A stretch of 64,000 nucleotides of DNA. Origin: Lysobacterales bacterium (GTDB lineage: Bacteria > Pseudomonadota > Gammaproteobacteria > Xanthomonadales > SZUA-5). Made by a program: the position numbers and the translations under genes. Every line of letters starts with the position of its first letter. Position 1 is the stretch's first letter. Where the stretch lies: positions 1 to 64,000 of the forward strand of contig JALHMH010000023.1 in NCBI GenBank assembly GCA_022844165.1, written 5' to 3'. Of this stretch, positions 18,024-28,870 are shown piece by piece. The notes beneath the pieces were generated by a model, which searched no databases, was not told where the DNA came from, and saw nothing but the letters and a program-made list of their open reading frames with translations.

Positions 18024-20429
18024 ATGAGCGCCTTCGGCAGCGAATTCCTGCAGTCCCTGCGCGCTTTGCGGACACAGCCCGCCAGCACGCTTCTGATTGT
18101 TGCCGTTTTGACGCTTGGTCTCGCCGGCGTCATCTCAATGGTGACGGTGATTAAAGGTCTGGTGTGGAATCCGTTGCCGTTTCCTAATGCCGACCAGGTA
18201 CTCCACGTGGGTTGGCTGGAAGAGGGCAATCGGGATGGAGAGCCCGAGCCGCTGAATCGCGATGGTCTGGTGAAACTCCGAGCGCAAGTCGGCGACGCGG
18301 CACAGTTGGCATCGGCGGCGATCGCCACTATCAACGTGTCCGATGCGGTCAGTGTCGCCCGCTACGACGGCGCGTTCGTCACTCACAACTTGTTCTCGAT
18401 GTTTGGCATCGAACCGATGCTGGGACGCGGCTTGCGCCCGGAAGACGATGCGCCTGGCGCGCCGATCGTGCTGCTGATCAGCCATGCCGTGTGGCGCGAT
18501 CGATTCGGTGGTGCCAGCGATGTGCTGGGACGCGCCGTGCGCGTCAATGGCGAGCCAGCGACGATCATCGGCGTCATGCCGCCGGGTTTTGCGTTCCCAC
18601 GTCGCGAACAGGCCTGGGCCGCGCTGCGACCACAGGCGGGGCAAGAAGATTTTTACGGCCTCTTGTTTGCCCAACTGGCACCGGGAGAATCTGCTGGTGC
18701 GCTGCGATCGGCGATCGAGCGCTGGTTGGACGCCGAGCGGCTGGAAAACCCGGACGAGTATCGCAATGCCTATGCCGGTGTTTCTCCAGTGGGGCATTTG
18801 TACGCCGACAACACGACACGCGACATCCTCGGTGTGATGCTGGCGACGGTTTTCATGGTACTGCTGGTGGCATGCGCCAACGCCGCGAGCGTTACGCTGG
18901 CGCGCACCTTGGCGCGCAGCCGCGATCTGGCCGTGCGGCTGACGCTGGGCGCCAGTCGGTGGCGGGTTGCGGCGCACTTGTTGGCGCAGAGTCTCTGGAT
19001 GAACGGCCTTGCGTTAGTGCTGGCTTTGCCCTTAGCGGACTTTGCGCTGGATAGACTATTTGGTGGCTTCCAGGGAACCGACGAAGGTCCGCCGCCTTGG
19101 ATGAGTTTCGAATTCGATTCGCAGTTGGTGCTGTTTGCGGCCGGGGTCGCACTGTTATCGTCCATCGTCGTCGCATTGCTACCGGTGCTGCGCTTACGCG
19201 TCGACGCGCTCGGTGCCAGCCTTCGCGATGGTGGCCGTGCGGTAGCCGGTGGCAGCTCAACCCAACTGGCACGTTGGCTGGTCTCCGCACAACTGGCACT
19301 TGCCTGTGTGGTACTGATGATGACGCTGGCCACGGTTCGTGGTGTCGATTCCCTGGTCCGCACCGATCTTGGCGTCGATACCGAGCGTTTGCTGACCGCA
19401 CGCATAGGCCTCTTCCCGAGCGGCTATCCCGACGATGCGGCGGTCCTGAGTTACTTCGAATCGCTGGTGCAACGGCTGGAACGAGAACCGGGTGTCGAGT
19501 CGGCGACGGCGACGACGACGTTGCCGGGGCAGAATGCGCAAATCGAGTCGGCGATACCCGCGGGTTTCGACGTGGGCGATGACGGCGCTCCGGACATTCG
19601 TTACGGCGCCGTGGATCCCGGGTTCTTCAAGACCTTCAATGTGCGCCTACGCGCCGGTCGTGGCATTGAGGCACGCGACAACGCCGAAGGTGATGCGGTC
19701 ATGGTGATCGACCAGTCCTTTGCCGATCAGTACTTCGCTGGACAAGACCCAATCGGGCAAACGGTGCTTTGGAATTCCGATGGGGAACAGCCGCAAACCC
19801 GCACCGTGATCGGCGTCGTCGACACGCTCGTCCTGGATGACGTCAACGATGACGTCCTGCCTGGCGCTTTGTTGCCATTGGCGCAAATGCCCGTGCGCTT
19901 CGCCAGCGTCGCCTTGCGTACCAATGGAGATCCGATCGCGTTCAAGCGCCGTTTCACGGAGGTGCTCCGTGAGCATGATCCCGAGACGCCCGCCTATTGG
20001 CTACGCAGCTACGAAGAAGTGCTGAGAGTGGCGCTTGCTGGCGAACGTGTCGTGTCGTCAATGTTCACCGCGTTTGGCGTCGTGGCTCTGTTGCTTGCGG
20101 CTGTCGGCTTGTATGGACTCATTAGCGAGTTGGTAGCTCAGCGTACGCGCGAGATCGGTGTGCAACGCGCTTTAGGAGCTGGTGCCGCCAAGATTTTGTA
20201 TGTTCTGATGCGCAAGAGCCTGCCGCAGGTGCTGGTCGGCCTCGGGGTCGGCCTGGCGCTTGCTGTTCCGTCAGCGAACCTGTTGTCTGGCGTCTTGAAC
20301 ATACCACCCGATCACTATTCGATCCTGGTCCTGATCGCAATGCTGGTCGGCATTGCGACGCTGGCCATTCTGCTACCGGCGAGTCGCGCACTCAGCGTCG
20401 ACCCAACCGTTGCACTGCGCTCAGAGTAG
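18024..20429 (+). CDS. MacB/FtsX-type duplicated ABC permease 1
   Basis: MSAFGSEF start; LLVACANAA...R..LGA; second FtsX domain QRTREIGVQRALGA; VDPTVALRSE. Confidence 0.9.
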   Translation: MSAFGSEFLQSLRALRTQPASTLLIVAVLTLGLAGVISMVTVIKGLVWNPLPFPNADQVLHVGWLEEGNRDGEPEPLNRDGLVKLRAQVGDAAQLASAAIATINVSDAVSVARYDGAFVTHNLFSMFGIEPMLGRGLRPEDDAPGAPIVLLISHAVWRDRFGGASDVLGRAVRVNGEPATIIGVMPPGFAFPRREQAWAALRPQAGQEDFYGLLFAQLAPGESAGALRSAIERWLDAERLENPDEYRNAYAGVSPVGHLYADNTTRDILGVMLATVFMVLLVACANAASVTLARTLARSRDLAVRLTLGASRWRVAAHLLAQSLWMNGLALVLALPLADFALDRLFGGFQGTDEGPPPWMSFEFDSQLVLFAAGVALLSSIVVALLPVLRLRVDALGASLRDGGRAVAGGSSTQLARWLVSAQLALACVVLMMTLATVRGVDSLVRTDLGVDTERLLTARIGLFPSGYPDDAAVLSYFESLVQRLEREPGVESATATTTLPGQNAQIESAIPAGFDVGDDGAPDIRYGAVDPGFFKTFNVRLRAGRGIEARDNAEGDAVMVIDQSFADQYFAGQDPIGQTVLWNSDGEQPQTRTVIGVVDTLVLDDVNDDVLPGALLPLAQMPVRFASVALRTNGDPIAFKRRFTEVLREHDPETPAYWLRSYEEVLRVALAGERVVSSMFTAFGVVALLLAAVGLYGLISELVAQRTREIGVQRALGAGAAKILYVLMRKSLPQVLVGLGVGLALAVPSANLLSGVLNIPPDHYSILVLIAMLVGIATLAILLPASRALSVDPTVALRSE

Positions 20430-20434
20430 ACGTT

Positions 20435-20604
20435 GTGGGTCGCGCAATCGCGCGATGCTGTGATCCGTTCCCAGTCGCCTCGGAAAAATTGAGAGACGAC
20501 ATTCGGTCGAAAGGTGATACGTGGACAAGAACGCGCTGGATCGCGAACCAATGGGGTTGAGCAAATCGGAACAGCACACAGCGTCGCGCGATCGCGCGAC
20601 CTAC
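20435..20604. repeat. REPIN-like inverted pair of GTRG REPs
   Basis: Left GTGGGTCGCGCAATCGCGCGATGCTGTG versus reverse complement of right GTAGGTCGCGCGATCGCGCGACGCTGTG (25/28 identical). Confidence 0.8.
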
Positions 20605-20615
20605 GGAGGCGTGTC

Positions 20616-22949
20616 GTGCTGAACCGATTACTCCGCGCCAAATCCTACTCGCTCACCTTGCTGGCCACATTGAGCGTCGGCCTCGCCTTGAGCATTGCCA
20701 TGTTCGCAATTGTCTGGGGCGTGGCCTTCGCGCCGCTGCCCTATCCGGACTCGCATGAGATCGTGTATCTGAATGCCGAACGGGCGCAAAGTCGGGCGCG
20801 TGGTGGATTGACACCGCGCGAGGCGCTGGTCGACCTGCCTGGCATCGCCGCCTTGGAAAACGTTGCCTACTACCAGTGGGGCGGCGTCGACTGGATCGAC
20901 AAGGGCGAGACAGTGGTGTTCACGATCAACACCGTGGCGCCAAACTTCTTCGACGTGCTTCAGGCGCCGGCGTTTCTCGGGCGCACGCTCACTCGAGACG
21001 ATGCCGGAACACAGCGCCTGGTGTTGAGCCATTCCACCTGGCAGCGCATCAGCGGCGATCCGGCGATTGTCGGTACGGTTTTGAACACTGGTTGGATCAG
21101 CGCCGAAGTCGTCGGCGTCATGCCGCCGAGCTTTGCGTATCCCGATAACGAAGTGGCGCTCTGGATCGTCGCTGACGAGTCGGGGCTACGTGATGATCCG
21201 GCGGTGTTCGACAATGCGCGTTTTTTGAATGCGATCGCACGGATCAACCCCGAATCCTCAATGGCAGCCGTCGATGCTCAACTTGCACAACTGCGTCCGC
21301 CCACGGGAGATGAATGGACGCTGCGCGCGCGAGTACTGCTCGACGCCGAGGTTGGTGCACGGCGACCGCTGTTGATGGCCTTGCTCGCGATCGCCCTGTT
21401 GGTGCTGATCGTGGGCTGCGCAAACGCGGCACACCTGGTGTTTGTGCGCGGACACGAGCGCGCAAGATCGTTGACCGTGATGCGAGCACTGGGTGCCAGC
21501 CCGGCGCGTACCGCTTTCGAGTTCTTTGCCGAGACCGCAAGCATTTCCGCCCTGGCACTGATCATCGCGCTGGTGCTTGCCCGGGTTGCGCTCAATTCGA
21601 TTGGCATCGCCGATTCGGGATTGCCACGGCTCGATAACATTGCCATCTCGCCGCTGGTGATCGCCTTTGCAGCAGGCTGCGCGATCGTTGCGATGTTGCT
21701 CGCGGGCTTATTGCCCGCGTGGCGCCTGCGCGCCGCGGAGAGACAGTCTCTGACCCGGCAGATCAATGCACCGTCGTTGGGGTGGGTCGAACGCGTTCTG
21801 CCTGGTGTGGCGATCGCGCTGTCCCTCGCGGCGGCGGCGACCGCCGGTGCGTTGAGCTTGAGCGCTGAGCGTATGGCCAGCCAACCGCAATTGGCAGACG
21901 TCAACAAGCTTCTTGCGCTGCAGCTCTGGCGCAACGGCAATGCGCCAGAAACCGACGAAGCGTTTTTTGCCGATGCACTGCGCTCGCTGCAAGCGACCCC
22001 TGGCGCCCAGCGCGTCGCGCTGATGTCTGGCGCGCCGTTTTCGCAGATCGGTTCGTTGAACCTGGATGTCCATACCAGCGAAACGCCCGATCGCAGTCAC
22101 AGCATTCAAACACGCTCCGTGGCGGGCCCGGTCATGGAGATGTTGGGTGGACGCATTGTTCGCGGCCGCGGCCTGTCGGCGGACGATGTCAAAGGCAGCG
22201 CACCCGTCGCTGTGATCAACGAGCGCGCCGTGTTCGAGCTCTTCGGCGACAACAACCCAATCGGCGAACGCCTGACGATTCCGCCCTATGGCAGCGGAGA
22301 ACCACGCAGTTTCGAAATTGTCGGCGTGATGGCCAACCTGACCAGCGATCGCGTCGACTTCAAGCGCCCCAGTGCGGAACTCTGGCTGTCGTTCGTGCAG
22401 TACCCGGTGCCATTCGGGGCGTTCCTGGTCGAGGCCCAAGCCGCGCCAATGGCGCTGGCAAAGGCTTCCGAGGCGGCCATCAAGAGCGCCGATCCGGGCC
22501 AGGCGATCTACGCCACATTTGCGCCGAAAGAACTGATCGCGCAACAACTTGCCCTGCCGAGGTTTTTTGCGCGTAACGCCAGCTTGTTTGCGCTGTTGGC
22601 CATGGGGCTGGCGGTGATCGGCATCTACGGCGTGCTGTCGGTGGATCTGGCACGCAGGCGGCGCGAACTGGCGCTGCGCGCGGCGCTCGGCGCCGGCGGG
22701 CGGGCGCTGATTGCGCAGGTTGCCAGGCAAGGTGCGCTGATTGGCGTCCCCGGCCTCGTGCTCGGCAGCGTATTGGCGGCGTTTGCGATCGATCAAATCC
22801 AGCGGACCCTGGTCGGTGTCGAGGGACATATTGGTCTGGTGATCGCTTCGGCTGCAGCAGCACTGCTCCTATTGTTGGGATCGATCAGCATCGTCTTGGG
22901 TCGCCGTGCTGCGAGCGTGGATCCGGCACTGGCGCTGCGCAGCGAATAG
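20616..22949 (+). CDS. MacB/FtsX-type duplicated ABC permease 2
   Basis: GTG start after GGAGG; LPYPDS, VGCANAA, RRRELALRAALGA, VDPALALRSE. Confidence 0.88.
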   Translation: MLNRLLRAKSYSLTLLATLSVGLALSIAMFAIVWGVAFAPLPYPDSHEIVYLNAERAQSRARGGLTPREALVDLPGIAALENVAYYQWGGVDWIDKGETVVFTINTVAPNFFDVLQAPAFLGRTLTRDDAGTQRLVLSHSTWQRISGDPAIVGTVLNTGWISAEVVGVMPPSFAYPDNEVALWIVADESGLRDDPAVFDNARFLNAIARINPESSMAAVDAQLAQLRPPTGDEWTLRARVLLDAEVGARRPLLMALLAIALLVLIVGCANAAHLVFVRGHERARSLTVMRALGASPARTAFEFFAETASISALALIIALVLARVALNSIGIADSGLPRLDNIAISPLVIAFAAGCAIVAMLLAGLLPAWRLRAAERQSLTRQINAPSLGWVERVLPGVAIALSLAAAATAGALSLSAERMASQPQLADVNKLLALQLWRNGNAPETDEAFFADALRSLQATPGAQRVALMSGAPFSQIGSLNLDVHTSETPDRSHSIQTRSVAGPVMEMLGGRIVRGRGLSADDVKGSAPVAVINERAVFELFGDNNPIGERLTIPPYGSGEPRSFEIVGVMANLTSDRVDFKRPSAELWLSFVQYPVPFGAFLVEAQAAPMALAKASEAAIKSADPGQAIYATFAPKELIAQQLALPRFFARNASLFALLAMGLAVIGIYGVLSVDLARRRRELALRAALGAGGRALIAQVARQGALIGVPGLVLGSVLAAFAIDQIQRTLVGVEGHIGLVIASAAAALLLLLGSISIVLGRRAASVDPALALRSE

Positions 22950-22963
22950 TCGAGGAGTCGGAA

Positions 22964-25339
22964 ATGAATCGTCGTATCGGCCTTTACGCTGGCGCCATTT
23001 TGTCGCTGGGCCTGGCCATGGGGGCAGCGTTGGTTGTGCTGGCTGCGGTGGACGCGCTGATCTGGCGCCCGCTGCCGTATCCGGATCAGGATCGCATCGT
23101 GCGCATCGCGCGCGAGCAAGGGCCCGAACGAATCGGGCCGCCCGTGTCGGCGCCAGCATTTGCCGATCTGCGCGAACAGCAACAGTCGTTCGAGGCATTT
23201 GCTGCCGTCACATCGCAAAGCGTTATTGTGACCGGCGCAGAGCGTGCTGATCGTGTGCTCGGCGCGGTCGTCTCTGGCCAGTACTTCGATATTTTTGCGA
23301 TGCCGATGCAGAAAGGGCGCGCTATTTCAACCAGCGACGAAGACGCCCAAGCGCCCGCCGTAGCAGTCATTTCCCATGCCTACTGGCGCGACCATTACGC
23401 ATCGTCAGACGTCTTGGGCAAAAACATCGTCATCGAAGGCGTGGCGCACACGATTGTCGGTGTCGCCGCACAAAAGCTGCGCTTGCCGGACGATGCCGCC
23501 ATCGTGCGCCCGCTTAAGAACAACGACGACACGGCGCGCGGCAACAATTACCTGATGCTCATCGGCAAACTGAAGAAGGATCGCTCGATCGCCAGCGCCC
23601 AAGCGGAGTTCACCGCACTGGGCGCGAATCTGGCGCAGCGCTTTCCTGAGAACCATGCGCAGTTGAACTTCAGCATCAAAACACTCAAGGCGCTCGCGAC
23701 ACAACGCTGGGAGGGGCCCTTCAAGTTGCTCGCGGCCGCGATCCTGTTGCTTCTGCTGGTCGGCTCCGCCAGCTTTGTGAACCTGCTGCTCGCCGATCAC
23801 GCAGCGCGTCAACGCGAGTTCGCGACGCGTCTGGCGCTCGGCAGCAGTGCAGCGCGGATGGGTTTCGTGGCGCTCAGGGAGTCCCTGCTGCTGGTCGGCC
23901 TGGCGACGGGCACAGGGTTCGCGATCGGTGCGTTGGTGCTGCCGAACCTGCCGCAATGGCTGCTGGACGGTCGCGAGTTGCAGCTCTGGCCGATGCCGAT
24001 TTCCCTGGTGTCAGGGATCGCGCTATCGCTCGCAGTGATCACAGCGGCGATCGTCGGTCGCGCCACGTGGCGCGCGGTCGCGCATCAATCATTGGCTGGC
24101 GTCCATCGCGGCACCAGTCTGCACCGGCGGGCGCAGCACTTGAGACGTGCGTTGGTCGTGGTCCAAATCGCGCTCTCACTGGTGTTGTTATGCGGTGCCG
24201 GATTGATGACCGAGAGCATGCGTAGATTGCTCAGTGTCGACTTGGGATTTCACACCGATCAACTGGTCGCGATGCGCATCGTCCTGCCGGCGGAAACACT
24301 GCAACCGCCGCCCGCACCGGACGGCGTGTATCCCGGTGCCGGGCCTGCCGGGCAGCTGCTCCTCGATATCGAACGGCAACTGGCATCGCAACCAGATTTC
24401 GAAGCCGTTGGCATCGTTTCCCGAGCGCCTGTTGTCGATGGCGCCGGGGTCAACTCGGCGTTCAATATCGAAGGCGAACCACTCGCGCCCGATGGTGCCG
24501 AGCCACTGGTCGAGTTTCGCTTCGCGACGCCCGGATATTTCGATGCGATCGGTCAGACGCTCAGTGATGGCCAGCCGTTCTCGGCGCAAGCGCAACCCCT
24601 GGAACAGCGTCGTGTGTTAGTCAACAGCGTATTTGTCGAAAAACACCTGAGCAACCGTTCGGCCGTTGGGGCGGTGATACTCAACGGTTCATTGCGATTG
24701 CCCATCCAGGGGGTGGTCAAGAGCGTGCGCCAGAACAGTTTCGATGAACCGCCCAGGCCTGAACTGTTCGCCAACTACCTCGATTTTGCGGCCGACAGCA
24801 ACGCAACAATCATTGTCCGTTCGGCGCTGCCTTTGGCCGATCTGCTCGATCGAACGCGATCGGTCGTCGCGCGTATCCACCCGAACATCCCGGTGTACGA
24901 GATTCAGCATTTCAACGAGGCTGCCAGCAGTTGGACCCAACGCCGCGAGTTCTTGCGCACGTTGATGCAGTTTTTCTCCTTCGCCGCGTTGGCGATCGCA
25001 CTGGTGGGCTTGTATGCATTGTTCGCGCACGCCGTGGCGCAGCGTGCCGTCGAATTCGGTATTCGTCAGGCGCTCGGCGCCACACCCGCCACCGTGTTGT
25101 CGCGGGTACTCAAGGAAGGTCTGGTCTTGACGGCACTTGGCATGGTTGTCGGCCTGTCTCTTTCGCTGTTGTTGGCCCCCGTTTACGAAAGCCAGATCTA
25201 CGAGATTCGCGCCACGGATCCAGTGGTTCTCGGCGTCGCATCATTGCTGATGCTCATGGCTGCCAGTTTGAGCGTTTTTGTCCCGGCCTGGAGGGCGTAT
25301 CGCGTGCCAGCGCAGGTGGCGCTGCGCGGCGACGAGTGA
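22964..25339 (+). CDS. MacB/FtsX-type duplicated ABC permease 3
   Basis: PLPYPDQDR, REFATRLALG, EFGIRQALGA, PAQVALRGDE. Confidence 0.9.
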   Translation: MNRRIGLYAGAILSLGLAMGAALVVLAAVDALIWRPLPYPDQDRIVRIAREQGPERIGPPVSAPAFADLREQQQSFEAFAAVTSQSVIVTGAERADRVLGAVVSGQYFDIFAMPMQKGRAISTSDEDAQAPAVAVISHAYWRDHYASSDVLGKNIVIEGVAHTIVGVAAQKLRLPDDAAIVRPLKNNDDTARGNNYLMLIGKLKKDRSIASAQAEFTALGANLAQRFPENHAQLNFSIKTLKALATQRWEGPFKLLAAAILLLLLVGSASFVNLLLADHAARQREFATRLALGSSAARMGFVALRESLLLVGLATGTGFAIGALVLPNLPQWLLDGRELQLWPMPISLVSGIALSLAVITAAIVGRATWRAVAHQSLAGVHRGTSLHRRAQHLRRALVVVQIALSLVLLCGAGLMTESMRRLLSVDLGFHTDQLVAMRIVLPAETLQPPPAPDGVYPGAGPAGQLLLDIERQLASQPDFEAVGIVSRAPVVDGAGVNSAFNIEGEPLAPDGAEPLVEFRFATPGYFDAIGQTLSDGQPFSAQAQPLEQRRVLVNSVFVEKHLSNRSAVGAVILNGSLRLPIQGVVKSVRQNSFDEPPRPELFANYLDFAADSNATIIVRSALPLADLLDRTRSVVARIHPNIPVYEIQHFNEAASSWTQRREFLRTLMQFFSFAALAIALVGLYALFAHAVAQRAVEFGIRQALGATPATVLSRVLKEGLVLTALGMVVGLSLSLLLAPVYESQIYEIRATDPVVLGVASLLMLMAASLSVFVPAWRAYRVPAQVALRGDE

Positions 25340-25361
25340 CGCGCGACTATCCACCGACCAG

Positions 25362-25604
25362 CCAGCGCGGCTTTGCCTCAGACCGTTGAACATGATTGGC
25401 TTCGCTCGACAAAAAGTACTTTCCGCATCCCGCCTTCGCATTTCTGGCCCGGCGGCCCGATTGTATGGCGCTTGGGCCGGCACACGCATTGCGGCGTGGC
25501 AACATCGGTCTGCGCCTCGTTAGCTCAAGGGGCTGCCAAAGCGATAGGCGCTCCGAAAGAAAATTGAATCAAATGGCAAGAACCAGCTCCATTGAGGACT
25601 CACA
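25362..25604 (-). repeat. Repeat family 1, degenerate copy B (inverted)
   Basis: CCAGCGCGGCTTTGCCTCAGACCG...GCATTTCTGGCCCGGCGG...GGCACACGCATTGCGGCGTG...GGGGCTGCCAAAG...TCAAATGGCAAGAACCAGCTCCATTGAGGACTC; colinear with copy C. Confidence 0.8.
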
Positions 25605-26263
25605 TGCTGCAAACTCAACATCTCGAAAAGTCCATCCCTGCAGGTCCGTCACGCCTGTGGCTGCTGCGCCAGGTCAACTTCAACGTCGGCGCGGGCGAGT
25701 TCGTGGCGATCACGGGTCCGTCGGGTGCCGGCAAGAGTACGCTGTTATCGATCCTGGGTTTGATGGACCACGACTTCCAGGGTGAGTACTTGCTCGACGG
25801 ACAACGCGTCTCTGCCTTGAATGGCAAATCGCGGCAGGCGCTGCAGCGCGACGCGATCGGCTTTATCTTCCAGCACTATCATTTGATCGACGACTTGACC
25901 GTTGCCGAAAATCTGGACCTGCCGCTGTCGTATCGCAACGTGCCAGCCAGCGAACGCAAGGCGCGCGTCGCCGATGCGCTCGATCGGTTCCGGATGGTAG
26001 GCAAGAAGGACCTCTACCCGCGCCAACTCTCAGGCGGCCAGCAGCAGTTGGTCGCTGTCGCGCGTGCAACCATCACCCGCCCGAAGGTGCTGCTGGCGGA
26101 CGAACCCACCGGTGCACTGCATTCGAGCCAGGGTGAGGAGATCATGAATGTGATCGGCGAACTGCATCGAGCCGGCAGCACCATCGTGATGGTCACGCAT
26201 AACGAAGTGAATGCTGCACGTGCTCAACGCCGCGTTTCGATGCGCGACGGTTGGCTGGAGTGA
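25604..26263 (+). CDS. Second ABC transporter ATP-binding protein
   Basis: [27 protein letters not shown]; GAGGA RBS 5 nt before ATG. Confidence 0.92.
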   Translation: MLQTQHLEKSIPAGPSRLWLLRQVNFNVGAGEFVAITGPSGAGKSTLLSILGLMDHDFQGEYLLDGQRVSALNGKSRQALQRDAIGFIFQHYHLIDDLTVAENLDLPLSYRNVPASERKARVADALDRFRMVGKKDLYPRQLSGGQQQLVAVARATITRPKVLLADEPTGALHSSQGEEIMNVIGELHRAGSTIVMVTHNEVNAARAQRRVSMRDGWLE

Positions 26264-26272
26264 CAAGTCTCG

Positions 26273-26950
26273 CTATGGGCGGTCTTTACTGGCGCGGTTG
26301 AGGCCGGTCAATCGCGCGATGAGAATCGCCACGAAGAGCACACCCACCACCTGCTGCAACATCGCCAGCGAGCGGGCCGCCGGGCTGACGGGCGTGATTT
26401 CGCCGTAACCGGTGCTGGTCAGCGTCGTCATCGAGTAATAGACCAGATCGGACCAACCGACGACACCGTCCGGATCGTTCGTCGGGTTGATAAAGATCGC
26501 TTGCGGATCGAGCAGCACGACAAGCGAATAGGCGCTGGCCCAGAGCAGCGCCAAGAAAATGTAGATGCACGCCAACGCATACAGCTCATCGGTGGTGACG
26601 ATCTCGTCGCGCAGCACGTAGCGCAGCAGGAGCAGCGCCGCAAAACCATGAAACAGCACTTGCGCACTCAACATCGCGCCAAGCACCCAGGTCCACTGCG
26701 GCCAGAGGATATGCGCCAGTTGCAGCGCGATGAGTGGCAAAAAAATCCACCAGCCGCTTCGATACCAAAGTGAATGAACGCGCAGCGTGCGCATAACGCT
26801 GAGCACGATGGCAATATCCAGAATCTGGCCCAGTGCGCGCACCGAACGCGAGGAATCGGCGAAGGTATACAACACCAGAGTCAGCGCCAGCACCGCCAAC
26901 AACGTCAGCGACGGCAAGCGCCACAACGGCAAGTTGCGCGGCAATCTCAT
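26273..26950 (-). CDS. Potassium channel-family (Ion_trans_2) membrane protein
   Basis: YYSMTTLTSTGYGEITP pore-loop motif; several TM helices. Confidence 0.8.
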   Translation of the reverse strand: MRLPRNLPLWRLPSLTLLAVLALTLVLYTFADSSRSVRALGQILDIAIVLSVMRTLRVHSLWYRSGWWIFLPLIALQLAHILWPQWTWVLGAMLSAQVLFHGFAALLLLRYVLRDEIVTTDELYALACIYIFLALLWASAYSLVVLLDPQAIFINPTNDPDGVVGWSDLVYYSMTTLTSTGYGEITPVSPAARSLAMLQQVVGVLFVAILIARLTGLNRASKDRP

Positions 26951-27125
26951 GCTCGATCCCGTACGCGTTCGGTGTTGCCCACTTGCCACGGGCGCCGCAC
27001 CGATGCGCGCACCGCCCCGCGAGTTCTCCCGAGTACAGGTTTCCTGGTTCGCATGGAATTGGGTCCGGCGCTCATTGCGATGAACCACACCGATGCCTGC
27101 GGGCAAGGGGAGTGGAGACGCAAAT

Positions 27126-28403
27126 CTACCGCACCAACGTCAACGACAGCCATGGCCAATAGGTGATGATCAATACGCATGCAAACAACAACATGAAAAA
27201 CGGCCAGCTGGCGCGTATGACTTCCAGCACCGGGGTTCGAAATCGATACGATGCGATGAACAGATTCATGCCGAGTGGGGCCAGGAACAGACCCACCTGC
27301 AGATTGGCGAGAAACAGGATGCCAAAGTGCACCGGATCGATTCCGTAACCCGAGGCGATCGGCAGCACCAGCGGCGTGAGCACGACAATCGCCGGGTAAC
27401 CTTCCAGCAACATGCCGAACACCAGCAAGAAAGCATTCAAAACCAGCAGAAAAATCCATTTGCTTTGCACATGTTCCTGCACCCAGGCAAAGAGCTTGCT
27501 GGGTACGTCGGCGTCGATCAGGTAGTTGGTCAGCGCAAAGGCGCAGCCCAGGATCAGCAATATCGCACCGACCAGCATCATCGCTTCGCGCATGATGGTA
27601 GGCAACTTAGACCACGAAATTTCGCGGCGCACCACCATGGTCATCGCAAACACGTAGACGGCAGTCAGCGCGGCCGCTTCCGAGGGCGCGATCTGTCCCG
27701 AATAAATGCCACCCAGCACCAACAGCGGCAACGGTATCTCGTAACGCGCATCGATCAAAGCGTCGCGGATTTCGGCAAAATTCGTTGCGTCATCCGCTGA
27801 ACGCTTCGGTGCGTGTTTGAGTGCGTACAGCGAGACGACGATCAACATCAAGATGCCCGGCAACAATCCGGCATAGAACAGATCTTCCACCGATACGGGC
27901 GGTGTTGTGTTGAGTTGCTGAGCAACGACACCGTAGATGATCAGCGGCAGCGACGGTGCGAACAACAGTCCCATGCTGCCCGAGGCTGTGACCAGACCTA
28001 AAGCAAAGCGAGGCGAATAACCACCCGTAACCAAGGCTGGATAGAGCACCGCACCGAGCGCAACAATCGTCACGCCAGAGGCGCCGGTCAGCGCCGTAAA
28101 CAGAGCGCTGGCCAACACAGCAACAATCGCCAGCCCACCGGGCATCCATCCGAACAGCGCGCGCGTCAGGCGCACCAAACGCTGAGGGGCGCCGCTCTCG
28201 CTCAGCAAATACCCCGCCAGCGTGAACAACGGGATGGCGATCAGTACTGGCATCTCGCCGAGCCGGTTGATTTCGACTGCGACAATCGCCGCTTCGTAGC
28301 CTTGCGCAAAAAAGCCCAGCAGCGCAACGATCGCGATCAATGCAAAAAACGGCGTTCCGGCGAGCGCCAGCAGCAAAATGCCAAGTGCAATCAACGCGGT
28401 CAC
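27126..28403 (-). CDS. TRAP transporter large permease DctM
   Basis: AIPLFTLAG, FTALTGASG, APSLPLIIYG, GIDPVHFG, PLGMNLF. Confidence 0.9.
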   Translation of the reverse strand: MTALIALGILLLALAGTPFFALIAIVALLGFFAQGYEAAIVAVEINRLGEMPVLIAIPLFTLAGYLLSESGAPQRLVRLTRALFGWMPGGLAIVAVLASALFTALTGASGVTIVALGAVLYPALVTGGYSPRFALGLVTASGSMGLLFAPSLPLIIYGVVAQQLNTTPPVSVEDLFYAGLLPGILMLIVVSLYALKHAPKRSADDATNFAEIRDALIDARYEIPLPLLVLGGIYSGQIAPSEAAALTAVYVFAMTMVVRREISWSKLPTIMREAMMLVGAILLILGCAFALTNYLIDADVPSKLFAWVQEHVQSKWIFLLVLNAFLLVFGMLLEGYPAIVVLTPLVLPIASGYGIDPVHFGILFLANLQVGLFLAPLGMNLFIASYRFRTPVLEVIRASWPFFMLLFACVLIITYWPWLSLTLVR

Positions 28404-28870
28404 GAATGGGCCTCGTCGCGTTGATTGAAGATCGCGATCACACTATGCAGCGCCATCAACGCAAAGCTGATGGGCAACATCACTGCGAGCCAATGCGTCT
28501 GCACCAGACCGAAGGCAACGCTCGGCGCTTCGCTTTCCAGCGCGAAGAACCCATAGCTGGCGTAAGCGAGCACCGCGCACACCGCGGCCGTCGTCAGCGC
28601 GGTGAACCCGCGTACCCATTGGCGCCAGGGCAAGTCCAGACGCGCCACCAAAGCATCGATATGCAACTGTCGCTGTTCGCGGCTGGCAACGACTGCCCCA
28701 ACCAATGCGATCCACAACGTCAGTGCCCGCAATGCGGGCTCCAGCCACACCGGCGCCAGATCGAACAAGCGACCGAGGATCTGCGCCAGCGCGCCGAGCA
28801 GCAATGCAGACGCCAGGAGCGTCAGCAACGCATTCTCGAGCCAAACCAATACGCGCAAAACCGCTCGCAT
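28400..28870 (-). CDS. TRAP transporter small permease DctQ
   Basis: 4 TM segments; LWIALVGA...HID motif; located between dctP and dctM. Confidence 0.85.
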   Translation of the reverse strand: MRAVLRVLVWLENALLTLLASALLLGALAQILGRLFDLAPVWLEPALRALTLWIALVGAVVASREQRQLHIDALVARLDLPWRQWVRGFTALTTAAVCAVLAYASYGFFALESEAPSVAFGLVQTHWLAVMLPISFALMALHSVIAIFNQRDEAHS

